Shown piece after piece: positions 39,113 to 52,714 of a stretch of 64,000 nt of DNA. A model generated the notes under the pieces. It ran no database searches. It was not told the origin of the DNA and saw only the letters and a program-made list of their open reading frames with translations. The translations under genes were made by a program, and so were the position numbers. The stretch comes from Octopus bimaculoides (taxonomy: Eukaryota). Position 1 is the stretch's first letter. Each line of letters begins with the position of its first letter. The stretch lies in NCBI RefSeq assembly GCF_001194135.2, contig NC_068989.1, forward strand, positions 56,869,735 to 56,933,734. The letters are read 5' to 3'.

Positions 39113-41281
39113 TGTTTCGATGGTCTTTGAAAATTTCTCTGGTTATTTTTGTTGCTATTGTTATTGAAGTGATTGTAATTGTTTTATCCTATTAATGCAG
39201 TTTACCAGACAAGGTTTGTTCAGGTATAACGTAACAGGAACGAGTCTCAGTCTGTATTCCAAATTACGATCTTAATCCTGGCTTACAGGTTCAAGGGTTT
39301 GCTAACAAGTGTTAAAGATAAATAGCTGACCAGTATAGGGATGGTTATAAGTGACAAGTGGTTTAAAGTAATCAATAGATTAATTTCTGTAATAAAAACA
39401 ATTAGTAAAAAACACATCATTGAAATTTTTAACTTCTATGCAGCTTATTTCTCACCTTGTTGAACAATTGTAACATCTCATTTATATTGTACAAAATATC
39501 AACAACTCCTGACCAAGTTTCCATGGATGAAATTATGTAATATGAATGAGACTCACTACCATTGAATTATCATAACTCTAGATACGAACGAACCAAGTTA
39601 CATAATGAAAAACAATATAAATTTTTATATCCTTGTATGTTACTAAATTTGGTAGCGAGGTGCGGTTTACGCCTTTAGTGATTCTAAGAAGATATATAGT
39701 ATCGAAGTGACGTAATTTTCATTAATCTGAAATTGCATTTTCGGTAGTTTATTGTATGCTGAGAGCTATATTAAGCAGTTCTTGATTTTTATTCATCACT
39801 AAAAAAAGCTAATAAGGTTCTATGAGTTCAGCTGTTGTGAAATTTACTGTATCTAATGTTCCAGGTCCTTACTTTTCGTTTCAAGCCAAAGAAAAGGGAG
39901 ATTGTGATGTTGTCCTCAATAGCTGGGTCAAGTTATTTATGTGTGAGGGGCTGTACAAGTTTATTGTTCGTGTAGTAAGCTATGAAATTCTCACATTCTC
40001 CCGATTTACTGTAATTCAGACCGTTTCATGGCCCAAGAAGACAAAATAGAAAAGGCGTTGCCCCGGAGGATGGCGAGGGAGATGCGCTGGAACAGCCGCT
40101 CTGACCCACTTGCGGCTGGGTTAACACTGGTTTTCAGGGAAGAGATTTGGCCAAATAAATCCAGTTTCTTTGTATGTAATTAATTACTAATTTAATTTGC
40201 ATTTCTCTTTCATCATTTAGACAAGTGCCAGAAAACAAATTATATTCTAATGATGTGAGATTGTTGTAAATCCTTTTCTAGTCTTGGCTGAAGGTGATCC
40301 ATCAATGTTGCTTGAAGTGAAAGGGGAGGTCTATAAGAAATAGCATCCTAATATCTTAAAATAACACCACTTAGTCTGAAAAAAGAAAGGATACATTGGA
40401 TGTATTGTAGTCCAAGATACACAAAATAATAGGATGGCCACATCTGGAATGCCTTTGATTATAAGCCTGCTCAGTTAGAGTTGATAAGTGGGGGGAGGGC
40501 CTGAATAACACTAACTACTACTACTACAGTAACAATAATCTCCATTAATGCATTTCAGCAATTACGATTTCGCTTTCTATGAGTTTGTGACGTCATACTC
40601 GAGGACCTTTCTTTCTTTCTTTCTTTCTTTCTTCTTTCCTTTATTTCCTTCTTTCTCCTTCATCATTTTTACACACTGCCTCTTTGTCTTCGTTTTTACC
40701 TTTATCCTTCCCTTTTTACTCTCTCTCCTTCATACACACACAGATTCACACACACACACGCTCGTGCCCACGCAGCATACATCTCTCTCATTTCTATTTT
40801 ATATTTGTCAATCCTTTCGTATTAATCTCAATTGTTGATCGCAGTTAATATCAAATAATATAAGTTTATCTCCTTCAATATTTAAGCTATTTAACATTAT
40901 GTATCTCTGCTGCTTAGTCCCGCCTTTTATATTCCAAGTTCGAATCTAGTTTGGGGTTCATATTTACTTCCATCATTTTCTTTCTTCTCCCACTTAAGGC
41001 TGATAACCTTAAACCTCCACACTAGCGGTAACAATAAAACATTCATACTTATTTCTTCCGTATTTTGATTTCTAGCTTCACCAGTACTCTTTGTCTGGCT
41101 AATGTTGATAAAATGTGTGTAAATTTTGTATTGGAACCGATTTAATTCACTATATATCCTGCTTCCTTCAGGCTGCAATAAGGTGTAACTAAGATGATAC
41201 AATGTCACCTTTACTGTCTATATCATACCTACAAGACGTCGTTATACAAAAGATAAACTGTGAAATCGGAAATATCGAAAA

Positions 41282-41636
41282 GAAGAGCACTCAGAGAGTG
41301 CAAACCTCCACCAAGGCATCACCAACGTCCTCTCAACAATTAGCCAGAGATGATTTTTAGAATGGGAATATCTGAAATAAACTCAACTGCTCTCACAAAC
41401 GAGAATATTAAAAACGAACCCGAACGCTCTCATAAATTAAGTAAATAAAAAAAAAACAGAAAAAAATAATCCAGAAATGATCCCAAAATCTAATCAGTTT
41501 GTGCCAGTCACAAGGCCAAACATCCCTGAAAGTTTCATCCGAACCCATCTAGCAATTCTTGAGATATCTTGTCCACGGACAAACAAACAAACACGATTGA
41601 AAACAATACTCCCGCCTTCGTTAAGGCATAGGTAAT
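41282..41636 (+). mobile_element. Interspersed repeat with (CAAA)n and a terminal hairpin, possibly Helentron/HINE-like
   Basis: Ends ..ggacaaacaaacaaacacg..aacaatactcccgccttcgttaaggcataggtaat, containing the gcctt..aaggc hairpin. Family assignment is inference. Confidence 0.45.
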
Positions 41637-42409
41637 AAAGTGAGAACACCCTTATAACCTCATTTTCGTCAATGACATAATAGTGATTATTGAAACGATC
41701 TCAGAATTACTGGGAGATGCTGCAGGAAATGCTATTGGATCTGATAGAAGAAAGAAGCCTTTGGCATAATCCCTTTTATGAAGTGACAGAAGCACATGGC
41801 CTCAAACGCCTGCAGGACATTTGATGGATCAAACAAGTGACTAAGTCGTATCCATGAAACTACAAGCGGTCAAAAGGTATTCCGAAACGAAAGTAGCGGG
41901 ATAACTCTGATCGGGTTTTTTGTTCAAACTAGAACGATTGTTAGGCAGAGTAGACAGAGTTTACAGAGCAATATGTACCTTCATGATAAGGAAGACAACG
42001 TGCCTCTCCCTTCCTATATTCCTCGAGCCAATGATATATCAGAAATACTAAACATATCGTAGTATTAATTTAGCCCCTTTACATTCTATGTTCACCCATT
42101 CGTATTCAATAAATCAAACCAGACAGCCACTGCAGTCGTTTCAGTATACTCCATTCAATAAATTTATTATCTTATAGTAACACAAGAAATCATTATTTTT
42201 CTCCTTTTCTATTGAAGATATTTCTAAGACATACGCTGTAGATTTATTTCTTACTTGACAGACGTAGACGCAGAATTAAGAAGTTCGCTGCACCGCCATG
42301 TTAGTTTAGGTTTGATCCTATTGTGTGGCATTTTTGACAAGTGTCATGTACTCTAGCTTCAGATTGGTCAATGTCTTGTGAAGAAAATTTGGTTGCAGAA
42401 ACTGTACGG

Positions 42410-42612
42410 AAGTTTGTATGTATGTATGAATGTATGCAAATATGTGTGTACGTATGTATGTACGTGCGTACGTACTTACATATGTATGTATGCATGTATG
42501 TATGTATGTATGCATGCATGCAAATATGTGTGTATGTATGTATGCATGTATATACGTATGTATGCGTGTATGTATGTATGGATGGATGTGTGAATGGATG
42601 TATGTATGTGTT
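42410..42612. repeat. (TATG)n-rich microsatellite
   Basis: Directly visible; source of several pseudo-ORFs. Confidence 0.95.
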
Positions 42613-43109
42613 TTAATTTGAGTATATCGATATGAAGTGTTGCGTCGAGTTTCATGCCTATAATTTAGAACCATTCTATAACAGAAACCTTGAAGGCAAT
42701 ATCTCAGAGTTATTCGGTTACCATATGATGAATCGCGTTTGCAAGTCTTGTGCAAGTTTATTTTGTTGTAATTACAAGTGAACTCGTATGGAATTGGCGA
42801 ATAGTTGCTAGAACTTAGCAGCGATTATTTATCATAACAGAACTTTGTGCATTACTCTAGCGTACTACAAAGAGAAAATATGTCTTATCTTTTCTGTGAT
42901 ATGAAATCTGAGATACAATATCAGTTCAATGGACGCTTGTTGTTCATGAGAGGATTAATTTTACTGAAAAGTATACTTGAAAGTGATAAGTGATACTCCG
43001 CTCACTAACAAACAAACAAACAAACAAAAATGCTTCTCATTAATACATTACAATATTTATTATTGCCACTATAGTTCTAAATTTAAAATCCCGCAATCAA
43101 CATTGTCAA

Positions 43110-43285
43110 AGCGAGTTCGTAGAAATCTGGGGGCTTGCTTCAGTAAAAATTAGACGATAAAAAGGCGCTCGAATTCCGCCAAGGTCAACTTTGCCTTTCA
43201 TCATTTCTGGGACGATAGAATAAGTACCAGTTGAGTATTGGGTCCATGGAATCGACTTACCCCTCCCCCGAAATTGTTGGCCTTG
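43110..43285 (+). mobile_element. Family A SINE (degenerate head)
   Basis: gaattccgccaaggtcaactttgcctttcatc..aataagtaccagttgag..ggccttg. Confidence 0.75.
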
Positions 43286-44453
43286 TATATATATTTGAAA
43301 TCAAAATATCAATTTGTACTTAATTAAATAGAAGTCTCTATCAACGGCATATCTGACAATCATGACTTCTCAAGTTCATCAATATGGTAGAGGAAGTGAG
43401 GGAGAGATAAAATTTCAGCAACAGATGTAAGTAAATGGACCTCCTTTGGTTTCGACGATGAGAATAGATTTCCTCCTTCAGCAGAATTACTTGCTCGATG
43501 AATTAGTAAGTAAGTGGCTAAGTATACGTGAACCTTCAACGTAATTTTCTAGCAAAGTGATTGTGATACACTATGTGACATGGCTAAATATTTTAGATTA
43601 TAGGCACAATCCATCCAACGGGCATCCTTACAGTTTCTGTCAACCCAATATTGTTCATAAGGCTTAGTTTGACCCGACGATAGCAAAAGTCACATCCTCA
43701 AGAGGCTAACAAATGGGATCGAAATCGAGATCTGGTGGTTGAGAAGCAAACTCCGTGATCATTCAATCATGCTACATTACAGCAACATATGTAATCATTA
43801 CATTAATGTATATGATATGCGTTATACACACACGCATAAGCACACACACACACACACACACGTGTGTGTGTGTGTTTGTGTATTAATAAATATATTCATA
43901 TGCATACGTATGCATTACGTATGTATGCATTAATATAATATAATCATTATATTAACTCTAGGTGATATATTTTTATTGTTCTACAGACGCACTCACGACT
44001 ACTACTTCTATATCACAAAATACCTAATTTCTAATCATGATTTATGGGAGAAATTTCAATTTAATTTCAATATATTTTCATCAAATAATAACATTTAAAA
44101 ATCGTTATAAATTCAGTGAAGTAAATCAAATGTTGCAACAAATTGTATGTAGAAGTAAGAATGTCAAGGAGGGAGAGAGAGAGAGAGGGAGGGAGAGAGA
44201 GACCCATATTTAATTATGAAGTCTAGCAAATTGGAATAAAACAATTTATAGTAAGTAGATATAGTCATCAATAAAAATACACATGCAACTATATGTACAC
44301 GTATAAGTATACATATATATATTGTACGCCAGAGGTATGCATAATCTGTAGCATTAATACACTTAATGTATGGTGTTCAGGCTAAAGTCAGGGTAATTTA
44401 CATTATCAATTTAAGATTTTGAAATTTTAATAATGAATAATACATTCTCACAT

Positions 44454-44511
<58 letters not shown>

Positions 44512-44770
44512 GTATGTATGTATGTATGTATCAACAGAGGTGTCATCTACGAACAGAATAGGATCGAAGGAGTACAAGAAAAAATGAGCTGCGCAAGTCC
44601 AGAGCCAACTTCTTGCCTTCATTTTCAGCACACCACCTGTACCCGATCTGCGGCAGAAACTTCCCAGCTATAGCCGTACACACCATAATCCATCTTCTCC
44701 CATGTGATGTCCTTTATATTTCTAATGTTTTATCTATCTATCTATATATACGTGTAGTGTAACGTAGTTA

Positions 44771-44925
44771 CTCGTCGCCAATTGTAGTATCGCTACTATT
44801 CATGACGATACTTGTTTACACTATAACCATAGAGTAACAATAAAATATATAAGGAAGCAGAGTAACAACAACGTAACAATCCAACAAACTCTCTACGAAC
44901 TATACACGAACCAACAAACGTGAAA
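44771..44925 (-). mobile_element. Partial Gypsy LTR plus PBS, duplicate of 45855-46010
   Basis: About 150 bp direct repeat of the LTR 3' portion, ending CTACA-AT-TGGCGACGAG on the minus strand. Confidence 0.75.
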
Positions 44926-44999
44926 TTTTTGATGTTTTTCTTAACGTAGGTTTCCCAAATCTTATCCACATGTCGGTATTAATAATAGAGATGTCGCTC

Positions 45000-45790
45000 C
45001 CAGTATCTAGCTGTTTTTTAATATTCACTTAATTTTACATGTACAAATTTCCTCTTTTTTGTGTCGCTTCTAATGTACGTTGAGAAAACTTCAGAATTTT
45101 TCATGTTCGACCTTCCTAACTTTGCTCTGCGATGTGAGCTCTTGTGTCCTACTTTTTGGCAACTGTAACATTTTTGCATTTTGAAACAACAATCCTTTCT
45201 GAAATGTAGGGCTCCATATTGGTAGCATGAGTTTGGTCTTAACATTTTTCTTTTGTTTATATCCCCTTGTACAAAAAAAAAGGAGGCACTTAAACGTATC
45301 GGGATTAGTTCCTTCAGTTTAAACCTTTACGGTCCCGGCATACGTGACAAAATCTTCCTTTCTTTTAACTAGATTTCAACACTCCCATCGAGTGTTAAAT
45401 AGGTAATATTTTTGATAGTAGTTCGACTGTTTTCTGGAAACAAATTTCACTATTTTTTTGGTAGTATGAAATAATATTTTTCATGTTCAGCCGGCGCTAA
45501 TTTATGTAATAATAGTCTTACCTTTTCGTTGTCCGTCCACGACTTGCAATATTCCATGAAGAATTCTTCGTACCTTGTTAAAGTACGCTGCAAACGTTAT
45601 ACCCTCTTCTAGGTCATAAGTGAATTCTGTTATAGAGTTCGATACGCCATCTGGCGAAAACGAAATTACAGTGTTTCTTAAGACATAGTTCCATTAATTG
45701 TTGTTGTTTTTCTTGTTGCTGAAGTCGTTTCTGCAACTCCTGCTGCTGTTCTTGCAACAGTTTTGCAACTGTATTATAGAAGCTAATAGG
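45000..45790 (-). mobile_element. Degraded Ty3/Gypsy gag
   Basis: VSNSITEFTYDLEEGITFAAYF..SWTDNEKVRLLL..PAEHE.., then two knuckles CYQYGALHFRKDC (degenerate) and CYSCQKVGHKSSH (45018-45245). Confidence 0.8.
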
Positions 45791-46061
45791 TCTTCCATCA
45801 TTAACAGCTTTGTATCACAAAAATTTGTTAACTGACCTGCGTGAGTTTCAAATGCTCATCGCCAATTATTGTAGTATCTCCACTATTCATGACGATACTT
45901 GTTTACACCAATACCATATAGTAACAATAAAATATATAACGAAGCAGAGTAACAACAACGTAATAATCCAACAAACACTTCACAAACTATACACGAACCA
46001 ACATACAATATTCCGACAAACTGCCAAAACGACACCCCACGACTTCCTGCGATCGACTCTA

Positions 46062-47734
46062 ATTTCTTTATTTGGCACATGCGACCACAACACAGAGGAG
46101 GACACTACAAGGATAGACGCAACAATACAGCACGTGGGGTACAAAGAAAGAATGATGAATGAAATGAATTACTTGCAATGAGGTGATGAAATGGCATACG
46201 AGTCCCCCAAAACTCGCAGTTTCATTTTACAGTTCTCTCATACAGTTAATGATCGTTTTTTCCCTTTAACAATTGTAAGTGGCCACAGCTCCTCTGCCGT
46301 TACTACACTTGGCAGGATGTCGTAGCCCACGTATAATCAACTTATTTGAAACTTGTCCGGGTGTATCTGTTGCAGTCTATGCATCACATGCTCTTCTACC
46401 AATATGGCTTTCTTTTTTTCTTCAAACGTTTCAGGGTCCAGTTTAAGTCTTACTAATCCTTTTATTCTTGCAATCATCTTTTCCAACTCTAAATCCTTGT
46501 CGTAAAAATTCACTGTTCTGATATTTTTATAATCAACTCTTCCAATTACCTTTCCTTCCATCCTTGCTCTTGTCTGCTCGTCTATTATCTTGTTCGACCA
46601 TTTCCTCCGCTTTTCCTTTCTTTTCACTTTTTCGTGCTCTGTATCTTGGGTTCGATTCTCAACTTCGTCTTTTTCGGTTTCCATTTCCTTCTCTGTCTTT
46701 TTTTCCTCCTCTCTTTTTTGGGAGGTTCTTTGGCGGCGATTCAGTCCGCATACGCTTTCTATCTGTTTCTTGAGAAATTTTCTCGCACTCCACAGTTTCC
46801 ACCTGCTTTTTCTCAACCTCCTTTTGTACGCCTTCCACCATCTCTTCACAGACCTCTATTTCTTCCACTTGTACTTCTCTGCGGGGGCACACCGCCTGCA
46901 TGTGTCCCCTACTTTTACACTTATAACAGATTGGTGGTCTTCCCTCCACCACAACTCTCAGTCGTGCTCCGTCAGGGAGCTCTACCTCCTCTGCTATGTT
47001 GTGTAGATCTGGTAAGGTTATGTGTACGAGTGCATCTATACCAAATCCCCACCAGTTGATCTCTCTCGATTTTTCTACTTTTAAAACCTCCACTTCGTTG
47101 CAGTTATGAATAACGGCTGTAACCAGCCATTTCAGATCTATTTCGGGAGGTGCTCGTCCAATTCTCACACGTGCAGCTCTTCTTCCACAATAGGTAGGTA
47201 AAAGGGCCCACCTAGCCATTCTTAAGGGTACAGTGGAGTGCTTTTTCGCCTCTTCCTCACTCGTAAATCGCACCTCTACCGTACCGAACTTTCTACCACG
47301 TACGTAGAATGTTGTTAATTGCTTGACGTCGTTTAGGTACTGCTCCAATTCGTCCGTCTCAGCCACTTCTATTTTCTTTGTTTCAACGTTAAGCGTTCTG
47401 TATGTTATTATTTTTCTCTCGGCTCGCTCGAAAACTTCCTTCGGCGGTGTTAATTTTAAAACATCACCTTGCTTCTTGAATAATTTCTTGTATTTCTCTA
47501 ATTTTGTTTTATCCACGTGTATCTCTTGCATTTCCATTGCATTGGCAGACAAGTTTCTACTTGTTGCCGCAGCATACGTTGTTTCTTCCATACCCGATAT
47601 GGGTAGGAAAACAATTTTCAACAATAAATATTAACGATAATATTTACACAACAATTCTTAAAACAATTTCAACAGAACGCAAATCAGACAAACTCATCGC
47701 GTTGAACGCTTTCTTTAACCCAAAATCACAACAC
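46062..47734 (-). mobile_element. ORF1-only ('half-LINE') non-autonomous retroelement, copy 3, 1673 bp
   Basis: TSD cctgcgatcgactcta (46046-46061) and cttgcgatcaactcta (47735-47750), 14/16 identical. Single ORF; 3' end ...gtgccaAATAAAGAAAT. No RT or endonuclease. Confidence 0.82.
46337..47591 (-). pseudogene. LINE ORF1/Gag-like protein, ~418 aa with one frameshift near 46700
   Basis: MEETTYAAAT..FYVRGRKFGTVEVRF..RVRIGRAPP..VVVEGRPPICYKCKSRGHMQAVC (intact CCHC), continuing in ORF 46337-46849 (K/E linker plus C-terminal domain). Confidence 0.85.
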
Positions 47735-48712
47735 CTTGCGATCAACTCTACCTGTCTCTCACTCACATCGCAACTATTTATAGTCATTCGGTCGAATCTA
47801 TTGTCGCAGGAGGCGACGTGACGCTCGCCACAACAACATGTATATCTATCTATCTATCTACCGATACGTGCATACATATATGAAGGGAGAGAAAGAGATA
47901 GGTGTGTGTATTTGTATGTATGTACATATGTATATGTATGTGTGTGTATATATGTATGTATAAGTATATGTATATGTAGTTAGCGCCACCAAGCCAGTAG
48001 TACATGTCTTTCAACTCTGATGCATCTCCCACACAAACAAAGTTTACACCTATCAAACCTACAAATCATTAACTCGATCTCCTGCTTAGTTCCGTTCATG
48101 GTATGCAAGCAGTCTAGATTCAATATATAAATTGATAATTCTAACATCACGTCGATTCCATGCAATTCCAGTTTCCCTTGATACCATATAATGCTTCTAG
48201 CAAAGGACTATCGAATCTATATATATACACACATATGTGTATTTACTGGCCTTCTTTTTTAGAAATGAATAATATTATTTAAAGTACATCTTTGACTAGG
48301 AGGTATCTACACTCCTACAAAATATCTGGAAGAACTCAAGAAAAAAGAAACTAGTTTTATAAATCGTATGGCCTTAAAATCTCACTACTCCCTAATTGCA
48401 GTCATGCCCTATTGTCTCTTACCTCCCTAAGATGGCATGCTACTTAACATAAACATATTGATAAACTTGTTTGTATTCATATATATATATATATATATAT
48501 ACACATCAGTGTTGTGTGTGTGTGTGTTTGTACGTGTGAATGAATGCTTGTATATATGTTTTTAAGTATATACGAGCATTGCCACTACATTCAGTGTGGT
48601 TAATATATTGATGACGATATAAATTTAATGCTGTATCAGTTGCATATATCAAGTTATATATATGTGTGTGTATGTACTATATTCATATATGCATATGTAT
48701 ATTTATACCCCA

Positions 48713-48762
<50 letters not shown>

Positions 48763-49099
48763 TGGGGTATATTTGTCTATGTGCGTGTGCGATTGTTTGT
48801 GCATATATGTGTGTGTATAAGTGTATGTATAAGTGTGCATATCTGTGTGTGTATAAGTGTATGTATATGCGTTTGTGTGTGCGTGTGTGTGTGTGAGTAT
48901 GCGCGCGTGTATGTGCGTGTTAGTGTACAAATAACAAAAACACGTTGACCGTTGTTTCTATCAAATAGACTGTGAAAGATCTGTTTCACATTATAGTCCA
49001 GAGGGAAGGACCTTTTTCAGAGCTTCAGCGAATCATTACCACAGAGTGAACTCCATCAAAGGCTCTCAAGAACCAGGCAGTGAAACAATAACAATGCCG

Positions 49100-49230
49100 C
49101 TCAAGTGTGGCCTAGTAGTTAGAGTATTGAAAACACGATCGCAAGATCGTAGTTTCGATACCCGGATATGTCATGTCGCTATGTTCTTGATCAAACCATA
49201 TCAATTCACGTTGCTCCAATGCACTCGACA
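49100..49230 (+). mobile_element. Family B SINE head
   Basis: gtggcctagtagttagag..gtttcgatacccgg..gttcttgatcaa..ttcacgttgctcca. Confidence 0.65.
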
Positions 49231-49974
49231 GACTGGCGCCTCGTTCAAGGGCTACGTTGTCATTTCAGTCACTAATACGCCATAGAAGCCAGTTGACCGG
49301 CCACATGAACCCTACAACTTGAGACATTAATATCCAGGGGTTGATGAGGATGACTCAAGTAAGCCAAAATGGGATTTGAACTTAAAACGCAAAACTCAAA
49401 GACGGGAACAAATATCGCAAAAAATCTGGTCCGACATTATAATTTCGTCCCGTCAATCCGTGGCCCTGAATTAGTATTGTTTTACTGACCCTGAAATCTT
49501 TCGGCAAGATTTGAACTTAGTGTTGAGAGTGATGGAACATTTCATCAATTACAGCGAAACATTCTATTCAATGCTCTAACGACTCTACCAATCGCATAGT
49601 TTTGAAATTTTATTAACGTCTCATTCTTTTTTATGAACACCTCCATTGCACCCATACAGTCTCATATTCTTTGATACACTTTCTTGTTTATAAATTTTTC
49701 TTAAGTGTCACCTCTAACACTATCTGGATCACCAACAATGCACATGTTTCCTTTCTGAGTGTAATGTGCAATCACATTTTACGAAAAAATATAATTTGCA
49801 TAACTTTCTTGATACAAATTCTTAATTTGAATACAAAATAAATAATAGCGCCATATTTGAATAATGTGGTGGTATTATTTAAAACTGAGCGGATATCATA
49901 TATGTTATAAAATATGTTATAAAATGAGAGTGATGAGAGAGAAATAGAGAGACTTATGAGGAAAGAAAAAGAAC

Positions 49975-50176
49975 CTTTTGTCTTTTACGTGTTTCAGTCA
50001 TTAGACTGCGGCCATGCTGGAGCACCACCTTGAAGAACTTTTTAGGCGAATGAATTAACCTCACTACTTCTTTTTAAAGCCTGGTGCTTATTCTATCGAT
50101 ATTCTTTGCCGAACCACTAAGTTACGGGGACGTTGACACACCAACACTGGTTTCAAGCGGTGGAGGAGGGACAAAC

Positions 50177-50180
<4 letters not shown>
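49975..50180 (+). mobile_element. Family C SINE-like repeat
   Basis: gtttcagtcattagactgcggccatgctggagcacc..gccgaaccactaagttacggggacg. Confidence 0.8.
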
Positions 50181-50219
<39 letters not shown>

Positions 50220-50797
50220 NNNNNNNNNNNNNNNNNNNNNNNNNNNNNNNNNNNNNNNNNNNNNNNNNNNNNNNNNNNNNNNNNNNNNNNNNNNNNNNNN
50301 NNNNNNNNNNNNNNNNNNNNNNNNNNNNNNNNNNNNNNNNNNNNNNNNNNNNNNNNNNNNNNNNNNNNNNNNNNNNNNNNNNNNNNNNNNNNNNNNNNNN
50401 NNNNNNNNNNNNNNNNNNNNNNNNNNNNNNNNNNNNNNNNNNNNNNNNNNNNNNNNNNNNNNNNNNNNNNNNNNNNNNNNNNNNNNNNNNNNNNNNNNNN
50501 NNNNNNNNNNNNNNNNNNNNNNNNNNNNNNNNNNNNNNNNNNNNNNNNNNNNNNNNNNNNNNNNNNNNNNNNNNNNNNNNNNNNNNNNNNNNNNNNNNNN
50601 NNNNNNNNNNNNNNNNNNNNNNNNNNNNNNNNNNNNNNNNNNNNNNNNNNNNNNNNNNNNNNNNNNNNNNNNNNNNNNNNNNNNNNNNNNNNNNNNNNNN
50701 NNNNNNNNNNNNNNNNNNNNNNNNNNNNNNNNNNNNNNNNNNNNNNNNNNNNNNNNNNNNNNNNNNNNNNNNNNNNNNNNNNNNNNNNNNNNNNNNA

Positions 50798-50925
50798 TAT
50801 AAAGGGCTTCTTTTAGTTACCATCTACCAAATATGCTCACAAGGCTTTGGTCGGCCCGAAACTATAGTAGAAGACACTTGCCCCTCGTGCCACTCAGTGG
50901 GACTGAACCTGGAACCGCGTAGCTT
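50798..50925 (-). mobile_element. Family D tRNA-derived SINE
   Basis: Reverse complement of the copy at 52520-52690. Confidence 0.7.
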
Positions 50926-52519
50926 GGAAGTTGAAATTAATTTCTCAGTTGTGTATAATTTACCTTCAAATTTTCTCACCAAGCTTTATCTGTTAAAGTC
51001 CCATTGGAAGCAATTTCTTGCTAGAATTTCTGTTATCTAATAAAGTATATATAAGTTTTTAGATGAGACAAGGTTTGAAATTTGGATGGCATTCACCCCT
51101 GGCTTTTGTTAGTTATAACATGAGTTCCTAGCCTTGGATGAATGGTAAACTTGGTGCAAAAGTCGTTGATTGACTCATATATATGGTTGAAAAAACATTA
51201 TATAGTTTAAAGATACCACATTATGTAATCCTTTCGTTCTGTTTAAGTCATACTCTACTCCACAATTTCACCTCTATAATCTTTACATAAATTTAATGAG
51301 AAGCTGGTCACTGAAGACAATACTTGAGAATATGTAGTTGATGATAGGTAGATACATTTCATATACGACAAGTATAGAGTGTAAGTACTTCTTGGTTCCG
51401 AGATCAAATTGTGCCAGAAATTTCAACTGTCCGAAGTCATATAAGAGACCAACAATATAGTAATCTCGATACATTTGACTAAAGATATTTGGCATTATGC
51501 CCGGATAGAAAATCAATATTTCATACATTTTTATGGTACTTCTCCTATACAGCAATAACTATCCCATTAAATATATCAGAATGGCTGGCAACGTGGCAGA
51601 TATAAGCATTTTTATTGCAAGAAATGTAAGTAAAAAGATAGTTTCTTAACTTCTGTATTCTTTTTATCTTTCTTGAAGCCAGTGATGAATTTATGACTTG
51701 AAATCTTCTTTCATTTGGTGCACCAATATACTTTCATTCATAGCAGAGTGATCACATTTCTTCCCACTACTTTTAAGATTCTTTTAACACACTTTGTTTT
51801 TCTCTTTTTATACGCGATATTATTTCATTTTTATGAGACAAAGATGGAACAATCAAGTCGTATACACAACATAAAAGCCAACACGAACTATAATTTATTT
51901 TCCAGAATATCCTCCTGGAAATTATTCTGACAAACATATTAACGCACATTTACAATAGATAGATATTCATATTGTTTTCATGTTGGTTTGTTTTTCAAAT
52001 AAAGTTAATAGAGGAAAAAGATTAGAAGTTATAGTTAAAATATATCAAAAATAAATGGCAGCAAGTCCTGAAAGAATATGTAAGTCATAAATTGGAATTA
52101 AAATGAATTATTTTTAAAATACGGCTTATTGACAAATCATGTAAACAAGATTGCCTACTAACAAGCTACACGATATATAACGTACAATCACCTATAGATC
52201 TGTTAATCAACAGTTACAAATCTAAGTCAATGTTCTAAGTGGGAGATCTAAGTTTATTTATAGGTCTGACTGCATTCTAAGGGCCTTCTTTTTCTTCTTG
52301 GTTCTTGTTTTTATAGGAACATTATAAAGCAAGTATAAACTTAGATATGTTTCGGCCAAAATTCGTCCAAGGCATGTCTAACTTAAAAGCAACACCTGAT
52401 AGAATCTTTTAAGCCGGTATTTTAGCCCTTGAAGTATTGAGTTATTTGTTGACTGAGATATATCCAGGTATACGTCGTTCGTATGGAATCCGGGGAAGAA
52501 ATTTATTCAGATATCTTTT

Positions 52520-52690
52520 GAAGGCGCAGTCGTGGCTGTGTGCTAAGAAGCTTGCTTTCCAACCACATGGTTCCGGGTTCATTTCCACTGCGTGGCACCT
52601 TGGGCAAGTGTCTTTTACTAATGCCTCCGGCCAACCAAAGTTTTGTGAGTGAATTTAGTAGACGGAACCTGAAAGAAACCCGTCGTATAT
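52520..52690 (+). mobile_element. Family D tRNA-derived SINE
   Basis: gtggctgtgtgctaagaagcttgctttccaaccacatggttccgggttca..cttgggcaagtgtc..gacggaacctgaaagaaacccgtcg followed by (TA)n. Confidence 0.85.
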
Positions 52691-52714
52691 TTATATATAT
52701 ATATAAGATTGTGT

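Larger units (their letters stand above)
45870..47835 (-). mobile_element. 5' LTR (~280 bp) of the Gypsy element, split by the ORF1-only element; PBS at 45855-45864
   Basis: Starts TGTTGTGG (47835) with TATAAATAG, is interrupted between 47734 and 46062, ends CTACA (45870), then PBS TGGCGATGAG. Confidence 0.75.
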
